Shown piece after piece: positions 49,253 to 56,734 of a DNA stretch of 56,963 nt. Position 1 is the first letter of the stretch, and every line of letters starts with the position of its first letter. The position numbers and the translations under genes were made by a program. Location of the stretch: positions 1 to 56,963 of the forward strand of contig JAJZVB010000001.1 in the NCBI GenBank assembly GCA_021845885.1. Direction: 5' to 3'. Origin of the DNA: Pseudomonadota bacterium (GTDB taxonomy: Bacteria > Pseudomonadota > Gammaproteobacteria > Burkholderiales > JABEVD01). The notes under the pieces are model-generated. The model saw only the letters and a list, made by a program, of their open reading frames with translations. It made no database searches and was not told the origin of the DNA.

Positions 49253-49831
49253 ATGTCGGCAAAATCGGGCGAAAGAAAGCTTCAAATCCTGCAAACCCTG
49301 GCGCAGATGCTGCAAATGCCGGGCGGGGAGAAAATCACCACGGCTTCCCTTGCCGCAAGGCTGGAAGTTTCAGAGGCTGCGCTTTACAGGCATTTCGCGA
49401 GCAAGGCGCAGATGTTCGAAGGATTGATCGAATTCATCGAGCAGACCCTTTTCGGCATCATCAACAAGATTTCTGCGGAAGACCAGAGCGGATTGAAGCA
49501 GGTCGAGGCCATGCTTTCCCTGCTCCTCGGATTTGCAAAAAAGAATCCGGGGATGACCCGGGTCCTGATCGGGGATGCGCTCGTCAACGAGAATGAGCGG
49601 CTCCAGGGCAGGATCAACCAGCTTCACGACAGGCTGGAAGCCACCCTCAAGCAATCCTTGCGCTTCGCCGCGAGCCAGGGGGAAATATCGGGAGATCTGG
49701 ACGAGGCGGTTCAGGCGAACCTCCTGATGTGCTTCATTGTCGGGCGATGGCACCAGTTCGCGAAAAGCGGATTCAGGCGGGACCCCTTGGCATCCTGGGC
49801 GCAGCAGTGGACGATGTTGTCGAAATTCTAG
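49253..49831 (+). CDS. slmA: Nucleoid occlusion factor SlmA (TetR fold)
   Basis: ILQTLAQMLQ...ITTASLAARLEVSEAALYRHFASKAQMFEGLIEFIE and RLQGRINQL closely parallel E. coli SlmA as I recall it. Confidence 0.88.
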   Translation: MSAKSGERKLQILQTLAQMLQMPGGEKITTASLAARLEVSEAALYRHFASKAQMFEGLIEFIEQTLFGIINKISAEDQSGLKQVEAMLSLLLGFAKKNPGMTRVLIGDALVNENERLQGRINQLHDRLEATLKQSLRFAASQGEISGDLDEAVQANLLMCFIVGRWHQFAKSGFRRDPLASWAQQWTMLSKF

Positions 49832-49953
49832 GAAACGCCGCAGGCCAACATGATCTTCTCCAGCGGGCCAAGAAAAGGGGATAATGTAAAGGCATGCGCC
49901 CGTCTTGCTCTTGGGTTCGGCAACTACAATTGCGATATCGCTAACAGGCCTCG

Positions 49954-51114
49954 ATGATGCATATGTTTAAAGAATTCCTTGATGCTCGTGCCGATGGTTT
50001 CCCAGGACCGGCCTTTGGGAGCGAGACTGATTTTTGGGATCAAGTTGTCCACTCCATACGCGAGGAATACTTGTCCGAAGTCCAGGATTACCCCTGGATT
50101 ATCGGTTTTTCTGGCGGCAAGGATTCGACCGTTGTTGCCCAGGCCGTTTTCGAGGCCTTGCTGCAGATCCCGCCATCCCGGCGAAAGCGACATGTCCATT
50201 TGGTATCCAACGATACTCAGGTAGAAAGCCCGCTGGTCATGGCGCACCTCATCAAAGTGCAAGCTGCGATTGCCAGCATGGCTGAAAGCTTTCGTATGCC
50301 TGTCACGGTCGTGACGACCCGTCCGGCTCCAGATAAAACTTTCTGGGCGCTGTTGATTGGCAAGGGCTACCCCAGCCCGAACCAGACGATGCGCTGGTGT
50401 ACCGATCGCCTGAAAATTCTGCCGACCAGCCGATACATTTTGGACAACGTATCCGCCCATGGCGCGGCCATCGTGGTACTGGGCGTGCGCCTTGACGAAA
50501 GCGACAGTCGACGCAACTCCATCAACAAGTTTCGAAATCTCGCTGGGTCGGACCTCACGCCGCACAGCGAGTTGCCGGGGGCGTTCATTTATCGCCCAAT
50601 CGTTCATCTCACGGTGGACGACGTTTGGGAAGTACTGGGCCGTTGCCAGCCCCCATGGGGAGGAACGCATCGAGACCTGATTCAGTTGTACCGGGATGCC
50701 GAAGGGGGCGAATGCCCAGTAGTGTTGAGCAAGGATGAGGCACCGGGGTGCGGCACGTCCAATAGCCGGTTCGGATGCTGGACGTGCACCGTGGTCGACA
50801 AGGATAAAAGCATTCAGGGATTCATCGATGTCGGCAATCACCACTTCAAAGCCCTGGTGGACTTCCGGGACTGGCTCAAAGAAATTCGCAACAAGCCTGA
50901 ATACAGGCAGGTGGAACGCAGAAATGGCCGGACCCAATTTGATCTTGTTACCGGCAAGCATATTCCAGGGCCTTTCACCATTCAGGCGCGCAAGATGATC
51001 CTTGACCGTCTGCGGGAAACGGAGGAAGAGTTTGGCGGCCAACTTATCAGCAAGGAAGAGATAGACATCATCGAGTCGACATGGGCCGACGAACTGGTTC
51101 AGAAGGGGGAATAG
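49954..51114 (+). CDS. DndC-like PAPS-reductase/PP-loop, Fe-S sulfurtransferase-type protein (short form)
   Basis: PP-loop IIGFSGGKDSTVV, then RWCTDRLKILP and the Cys cluster GCGTSNSRFGCWTCTVVDKDKS typical of DndC. At 386 aa it is shorter than canonical DndC. Confidence 0.85.
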   Translation: MMHMFKEFLDARADGFPGPAFGSETDFWDQVVHSIREEYLSEVQDYPWIIGFSGGKDSTVVAQAVFEALLQIPPSRRKRHVHLVSNDTQVESPLVMAHLIKVQAAIASMAESFRMPVTVVTTRPAPDKTFWALLIGKGYPSPNQTMRWCTDRLKILPTSRYILDNVSAHGAAIVVLGVRLDESDSRRNSINKFRNLAGSDLTPHSELPGAFIYRPIVHLTVDDVWEVLGRCQPPWGGTHRDLIQLYRDAEGGECPVVLSKDEAPGCGTSNSRFGCWTCTVVDKDKSIQGFIDVGNHHFKALVDFRDWLKEIRNKPEYRQVERRNGRTQFDLVTGKHIPGPFTIQARKMILDRLRETEEEFGGQLISKEEIDIIESTWADELVQKGE

Positions 51115-51118
51115 GATA

Positions 51119-51319
51119 ATGCCAGAAGTGTATTTGGGTGATCTGCCGCTATGGTCGGACAACGAAGCCAGAGACGTAATGGAGAAATTGTGTCAAAAAC
51201 ATAATGTTCCTGTGGATGTGTTCACAGAGCTTGTGGCAATTCAACGCCATAACCAAGACAGAAGCAAGGCGTTTGGTATTTATGACGCCATCAGCGAAGC
51301 CTTGAGCCGGATGGATTGA
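51119..51319 (+). CDS. 66-aa ORF resembling the detached C-terminal tail of DndC
   Basis: It starts 4 nt after the DndC-like stop, in a different frame. ...ARDVMEKLCQKHNVPVDVFTELVAIQRHNQDRSKAFGIYDAISEAL recalls the helical C-terminal segment of full-length DndC. That comparison is from memory only. Confidence 0.45.
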   Translation: MPEVYLGDLPLWSDNEARDVMEKLCQKHNVPVDVFTELVAIQRHNQDRSKAFGIYDAISEALSRMD

Positions 51320-51328
51320 AAGAAATTT

Positions 51329-53377
51329 ATGTGGATTTCCCGGCTTGAACTCATCAATTTCAAAAGCTACCAACATCAGGTTTTTGAGTTTCCTTCCCCC
51401 AGTCAAGGCAAGAACATCATTCTCATAGGTGGGATGAATGGCTACGGTAAAACGACCATTCTGGAAGCTCTCTATCTTGGGCTCTATGGTAAAGACTCCA
51501 TCATCCACCTTGCCCGCGCTGGCATCAAAGGTGACGTGGGCTACCCGGTTTTTCTTGAGCGTGCCTTGCACGGTCATGCATTAAAAACCAAACGCGATAC
51601 CATGAGTGTATTGGTGCAAATCAATACCAACGAGCATGAAGGCTTTCAGGTCACTCGCAAGTGGTTTTTTTCACCCAAAGGCGATTGGAGAGATGAAGAA
51701 ATTCTGATCTACGATATCCGTGATGGCATTCGTACCCAAACTCGCAATGCCGATCAGATTGAAGAAATATTGGATCAATATTTTGTTCCTGCCCATTTGG
51801 CACCATTCTTCTTCTTTGATGGTGAAGAAGTGAAACGTTTGGCCGACCATAACCGTGTTGAGCAAATCAAAATGGGCATGGAAGGTTTGCTTGGCGTGGT
51901 TCTGCTCCGCAAATTAGAAACCAGGTTGCAGCAGTATCAGGCTAACAAGAGCCAGGGTGTACCAAAAGTCGATGAAGAAAAACACCGTCAATTGTTGGAG
52001 GAACTTACTCAGCACGAGCAACTGCTGGAAGAATCGCAACAGAGGAAAATGAAGACTCATGAGGAACTGGATGTACTCAAAACCGAACGTAGTAATTTGA
52101 TGCACCGTATCATGGCACTTGGGGGTGGTGGCGGCGATATTGCAAATGCTCGAGACATCGTTGAGGAATTGACCCGCGCGGAAATTGACCTGAAAGAATG
52201 CCAGGACGATGTGGAGCAGGTATTGGGGTCCAGTCTTTCATTCCACTTGATTTCACGGGAAATTCGTAACGCTTATGTGAATCAGCTGAAGGCTGAAGAA
52301 GAACGTATTAAGTGGGACACCCGCAAGCACAGCCTGGAACCGGATAAAGAGAAATTTGTTTCGCGTTTTTTCGCGGATGATGCGCCAGCGTTTAATCCTG
52401 ACCTTACTAGCGAGCAGCACACGACGATTACACACCGCCTAGAAACTGCATGGGAAAGCCTGTTTTATCCTTTACCAGATGGCTGTGCGGAAGAAATCAT
52501 CCACGATTATGTCCATGGCGCGAAACGCCAGCAGGTTATTGGCATGATGGAAAATTTAAGCATCGGTGCTCAGGACATACTTGGCCTTCTGGAACGGCGG
52601 GATAACCTCCATGAGAAGATTCGCAACCTTCGCAACCGTCTGGCCAAGATTGAGGGGATTGACCGAGATGGAACATTGGCCGGACTCAATACCGAAATGA
52701 GTACCATACATGTCAAAATTGACCAGAAGCAGCACGAACTAGGGGCAATCGAGAAGCATGTTTCCTCACTTCAAATCAACATCAACAACGAACGTGCCAA
52801 CTATCAGCGCGAACATGAGAAGTTTCTGAAAGCAAATCCGGTAAAATCGGATGTTGCTCGTGCAGATAGGGTATGCAAATTGATTGAGGAACTGGTTCCC
52901 AGCCTTTATGCGCTCAAGACAAACCGCTTAGCCTATGCCATGACTAACGTTTTCCAGCAACTATCACATAAGAAGCAGGTGGCGCGAATTGAAATTGATG
53001 AAACAGGGAAATCCCGTCTCATTAGCTTTGAAGGCGACGAAATTACATTTGATAAATCTGCTGGTGAAGACCAGTTATTTGCCACTTCGCTGCTAGCAGG
53101 GCTGGCCGAAATCTCCGGTATTAAGGCACCCTTGGTGGTTGATACGCCGTTGGCACGCCTGGACAGCAATCACCGCAAAAACATCTTGAATTACTGGGTT
53201 TCTGATAAGAGTCGACAAGTATTTCTGTTGAGCCAGGATAAGGAAATTGACGCGCAAGTTTACAATGAGCTACAGGACAGCATTGCGCAGTCATACCTGC
53301 TTCAACACCAGCAAATCGGTAATGGCGTGGGTATGACAGTAGCCACCAAGAACGCCTACTTTGGAGGCCAGCGATGA
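51329..53377 (+). CDS. DndD-like SMC/ABC-type ATPase
   Basis: N-terminus MWISRLELINFKSYQ...LIGGMNGYGKTTILEALYLGLYG, a long coiled-coil middle, and a C-terminus KSAGEDQLFATSLLAGLAEISG...LVVDTPLARLDSNHR...VFLLSQDKEI. This is the DndD family layout. Confidence 0.85.
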   Translation: MWISRLELINFKSYQHQVFEFPSPSQGKNIILIGGMNGYGKTTILEALYLGLYGKDSIIHLARAGIKGDVGYPVFLERALHGHALKTKRDTMSVLVQINTNEHEGFQVTRKWFFSPKGDWRDEEILIYDIRDGIRTQTRNADQIEEILDQYFVPAHLAPFFFFDGEEVKRLADHNRVEQIKMGMEGLLGVVLLRKLETRLQQYQANKSQGVPKVDEEKHRQLLEELTQHEQLLEESQQRKMKTHEELDVLKTERSNLMHRIMALGGGGGDIANARDIVEELTRAEIDLKECQDDVEQVLGSSLSFHLISREIRNAYVNQLKAEEERIKWDTRKHSLEPDKEKFVSRFFADDAPAFNPDLTSEQHTTITHRLETAWESLFYPLPDGCAEEIIHDYVHGAKRQQVIGMMENLSIGAQDILGLLERRDNLHEKIRNLRNRLAKIEGIDRDGTLAGLNTEMSTIHVKIDQKQHELGAIEKHVSSLQININNERANYQREHEKFLKANPVKSDVARADRVCKLIEELVPSLYALKTNRLAYAMTNVFQQLSHKKQVARIEIDETGKSRLISFEGDEITFDKSAGEDQLFATSLLAGLAEISGIKAPLVVDTPLARLDSNHRKNILNYWVSDKSRQVFLLSQDKEIDAQVYNELQDSIAQSYLLQHQQIGNGVGMTVATKNAYFGGQR

Positions 53378-54906
53378 GTGATATCAGTTTGGAAAATGTG
53401 CTGGTCTCCAATTTCCAGACCAGTGCTGAAGCTGACAAAATTACCGAAATGCTAAAAGGAAAGTTGGGTCTTTCCGTGCGATATCGTGTCGCTCGTCTTG
53501 CCATTGGCCGCTCGCTGGGCGAACCAAATTTCCCTACGCAAAATGCGGATGCCCAAGGGAAAACTATCAAGGGTGATTTGCTGTTCGGATTGGATGAATA
53601 TCCATTGTGGGTGGGGTTACTCATCACTAACATCAAGAACCACATCCCAAAAGCGGAGCTTACGATTGCAACTTTACAAAATGCGGTCAGGCGACATTGG
53701 CAGCGGGGCATCATGCTTTTGCTGGATGACTGGAACGAAGCGGGCGAAGATCCTCGAAAGTTTTGGGAAATATTGATTCATCGCCGGGCCATGCTGCCCG
53801 ATACTGTTTCCAGGCCGGACAAGTTTGGTGAGGTACATCGTGGTGAAGAGATGGGATTCACTGGGACAGCCAAGGCTATCCATGTCGAGTTGGGGAAGGG
53901 GATGGATGCCCCATACGAACAGTACATACGTCTGGTGAATGGTGTGGGTACTTCACCGCATATGGCAATTATGGGGCAGTCCGGCTCTGGTAAGACCCGT
54001 ATCATGAAAGAGGTATTGAAGCAGATCCATATACAAACTACTGCACCAGTAATTTTGCTGGACCTGGGTAAGGGTGACTTGGCCAACGATACGGCATTGA
54101 TTGACACATTGGGAGCGAAAATCCTGCGTGTTCCCGAGGACGGTATTCCGTTGGATATGTTTTACGGCTCCAAGCAAAATGATGAGGTAGCTACTGACAC
54201 AGTGATGAGCTTTCGTGACTCCTTCTCTAATGTGGTGCAAGGTAAGCTGGGACCGAAACAACTGGACAATCTACGGGAAGCCCTAAAGCCGCTGTTTTCA
54301 ACCCAAGAAAAAATAACGCTGGAAGATGTGCGCTCGTGGCTTGACCAGTTCTATGAAGAGAATGACTTGAAGATGGACAGCGTAATGTCCACCATCAACG
54401 ATCTGACGCAATATACGATTTTTAGGCCAGACTATTCACCCCTGCAATTTTTCTCACAAAGTTGGATTATCACTTTTGCCCATGCTCACGACACCATCAA
54501 AAATCTGGCGGTTTTCTTGCTGATGGATGCGTTAAACACATACATGAAGCGCTTACCAGAGGCACCACAAGACAGTGAAGGGCATCGCGCAATCCGTCTG
54601 GTTCTCGCTGTGGATGAAGCACGCCACCTGTTGTCATCCAGGCATGACGCCTTGAGCGACAATATCCGCCTGCATCGCTCCAAGGGCTTGGTGGTTACCC
54701 TTGCTTCGCAAAGTCCCGATGACTACGATGGCAAGAGCGATGATTATATGGAAAACATTGGATTGCCTATCTGTTTCAACACGAACGCTGTGGCTACAAA
54801 AGTGCTCCAGAACATGTTTCGGGGCAGGGTGAGCTTTTCCTCTCTCCCGCCTGGCGTATTCATGACTGTGAAGGATTCGAAGCCTATAAAGGTAAAGGCT
54901 TTTTAG
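53374..54906 (+). CDS. Fusion protein: DndE-like N-terminal domain + HerA/FtsK (DUF87)-type P-loop ATPase
   Basis: ATGA overlap with the DndD-like gene. Residues ~10-135 (FQTSAEADKITEMLKGKLGLSVRYRVARLAIGRSL...GDLLFG...AVRRHWQRGIMLL) follow the DndE pattern as I recall it. These are followed by Walker A IMGQSGSGKTR and Walker B RLVLAVDEARHLL. Confidence 0.65.
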   Translation: MSDISLENVLVSNFQTSAEADKITEMLKGKLGLSVRYRVARLAIGRSLGEPNFPTQNADAQGKTIKGDLLFGLDEYPLWVGLLITNIKNHIPKAELTIATLQNAVRRHWQRGIMLLLDDWNEAGEDPRKFWEILIHRRAMLPDTVSRPDKFGEVHRGEEMGFTGTAKAIHVELGKGMDAPYEQYIRLVNGVGTSPHMAIMGQSGSGKTRIMKEVLKQIHIQTTAPVILLDLGKGDLANDTALIDTLGAKILRVPEDGIPLDMFYGSKQNDEVATDTVMSFRDSFSNVVQGKLGPKQLDNLREALKPLFSTQEKITLEDVRSWLDQFYEENDLKMDSVMSTINDLTQYTIFRPDYSPLQFFSQSWIITFAHAHDTIKNLAVFLLMDALNTYMKRLPEAPQDSEGHRAIRLVLAVDEARHLLSSRHDALSDNIRLHRSKGLVVTLASQSPDDYDGKSDDYMENIGLPICFNTNAVATKVLQNMFRGRVSFSSLPPGVFMTVKDSKPIKVKAF

Positions 54907-54916
54907 GGGAGGCGCA

Positions 54917-55423
54917 ATGACAAAGGAGGTACCTTTAGAAGAAAATGAAATTAAAAAAACTCCCATGACTCCAAGTTGGATCGCTTTCTGGACAGCCTTA
55001 ATTTATGCTTTTGGGGTACTCATATTAGGCGGTGGCGCAGGCATTTGGCTACCTGCTGTTATGCCGACTAAATCCGTTGGGATCGATGCATTAACTACTT
55101 TTTCGATGGCTACCTTGACACCTATTTGCGTTGATTTGATGCTTGACTTAGATGTGTATGGCCGCAAGTTATCGAAGCTTTGGCGCGTTTCCCTTGTTGT
55201 TGGATGCATATTTGCTGGCACATTGGCAATAATTGCCCTTGTTCGGGAGAAGGCCGCTGGTGAGTGGTTGGCAGGAGTCTTCTCGGTGATCTTATCTGTG
55301 GTAATTTGGATTACTTTTGCGATGAAATCAGAACGGTTTCTACCTGATGGTTCCAAGACCGGTTCGATTGGTGGGGATAGGCCAGAAACCTCTAACTTGA
55401 ATGGCACTGGGTTACCCGCATGA
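54917..55423 (+). CDS. Small integral membrane protein (~4 TM helices)
   Basis: Hydrophobic segments WIAFWTALIYAFGVLILGGGAGIWL, LTTFSMATLTPICVDLML, VSLVVGCIFAGTLAIIALV and LAGVFSVILSVVIWITFA. A 4-nt overlap joins it to the next gene. Confidence 0.65.
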   Translation: MTKEVPLEENEIKKTPMTPSWIAFWTALIYAFGVLILGGGAGIWLPAVMPTKSVGIDALTTFSMATLTPICVDLMLDLDVYGRKLSKLWRVSLVVGCIFAGTLAIIALVREKAAGEWLAGVFSVILSVVIWITFAMKSERFLPDGSKTGSIGGDRPETSNLNGTGLPA

Positions 55424-56652
55424 GCGAATATCCACAGATATTGGGTGTTAATCGTCCGGCCATTAGAGTCGTTCAACCTTTGGGAACATTCTACGCATTT
55501 TCACTAGGCGCAGATGTTTTGAATAGAATCACGTATTCTCAGCCCGCCGAAGTTATGGAGCGCATGGAGCGTGAAACGGACGATAGTAAAGGTGGGTACT
55601 CTATTTTTGGCACGCAGCGCCTTGAAAATAAGAAGCGCTTAGATGAAATTGCATCTTTTATTCGCACAACTGAAGCGACATTTCCCAATGCCATTATTCT
55701 GGCGGCCAATTATGACCAAAACGGCCAATATATTTTAGAGGAAAACACGGACCGTAGGTGGAAAGTCGACGGTCTTCCAGATGGCCCATGGACTTTGCAT
55801 ATACCCTCACTCACAGAACGATCAGCATCTATTATCGATGGCCAGCATCGGTTGCATGCATTCGATAAGCTACCCATAGATGCCCCAGAGCGGGCGATGG
55901 AATTGTTGTGCGTTGTTTTTCTTGAACTCCCAACACCTTACCATGCTTATGTTTTTGCAACTATCAATTTTAACCAGAAGAAGGTAGATCGTAGTCTGGC
56001 CTACGAGCTATTTGGGTTTGATGTGGATGAGCGTCCTCCTCGCTTTTGGTCTCCGGAGACATTAGCTGTTTATTTGACAAGATTAATGAACACAGAAAAA
56101 GAATCGCCACTGTTTCGTTCGATCTTTCCTGCAGCAGATTCCGACAAGCTGTTTCCTAATACCGATGAGCAAGCAAACGAGGACGTGCGTGTCTCCATGG
56201 CAACGATTGTGGATGGTATTTTGAGACTGATCTCAAAGAATCCAAAAGAAGACCGAAACCTCGTCCGTCGACCGGAAAACAAAGCGCTTGGTCGGGAGAG
56301 TCTTGCTCCGATTAACGGTGTACCGTTACGTGTGCTGTATATTCAAAGTAATGACAAAGCCATTTATGATCTGCTTTGCAATTTCTTCTCAGCCGTTCGA
56401 TCTAAAATTTGGGCCACTGCCGGAAAGGGCTCCTACTTACGTAAAACCGTAGGCATTCAGGCGCTATTCGATGTATTGCGTGAGCTTCTGGTATCGATGC
56501 CGATTACTGCTACCAATTTTTCTTATGACAATTTGGGAAAGATCCTAGAACCGTGCTCTGATTTGGATCCGGAGGGAGATAAGTACGAAGCATCCGGTAT
56601 TGGTAAAAGTGAGATCAAGCGCGATTTGTTGCGCGCCCTTGGTAAGGGCTGA
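55420..56652 (+). CDS. DGQHR-domain protein (DndB-like, ParB/Srx-fold family)
   Basis: Exact motif SIIDGQHRLHAF, preceded by GTQRLENKKRLDEIASFI and FPNAIILA and followed by FATINFNQKKV. This is the DGQHR/DndB-type signature order. Confidence 0.85.
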   Translation: MSEYPQILGVNRPAIRVVQPLGTFYAFSLGADVLNRITYSQPAEVMERMERETDDSKGGYSIFGTQRLENKKRLDEIASFIRTTEATFPNAIILAANYDQNGQYILEENTDRRWKVDGLPDGPWTLHIPSLTERSASIIDGQHRLHAFDKLPIDAPERAMELLCVVFLELPTPYHAYVFATINFNQKKVDRSLAYELFGFDVDERPPRFWSPETLAVYLTRLMNTEKESPLFRSIFPAADSDKLFPNTDEQANEDVRVSMATIVDGILRLISKNPKEDRNLVRRPENKALGRESLAPINGVPLRVLYIQSNDKAIYDLLCNFFSAVRSKIWATAGKGSYLRKTVGIQALFDVLRELLVSMPITATNFSYDNLGKILEPCSDLDPEGDKYEASGIGKSEIKRDLLRALGKG

Positions 56653-56734
56653 TACTTGAATTTCAATTGTTCTAATTTCTGACGCCCTGCCCAGAGTCTC
56701 TATTTCATTGATTTTTCATTTGTACCGCGGGTGA

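Noticed and set aside
49905-49930. TTGCTC ... TACAAT as a sigma70 promoter for the dnd-like operon
   Set aside because: The spacer is only 14 nt, well below the usual 16-18 nt, so I cannot support it as a promoter.
49832-49953. Search for a tRNA gene, att-type direct repeat or integrase remnant at the left junction of the island
   Set aside because: I saw no cloverleaf-compatible sequence (no GTTCRANNC T-arm) and no repeat with a partner inside the window. The right junction lies outside the window, so island borders remain undefined.
49924-51162. 412-aa minus-strand ORF covering the first island gene
   Set aside because: It is antisense to the DndC-like gene. The plus-strand frame has the PP-loop and the Cys-cluster motifs, and the minus-frame product has none.
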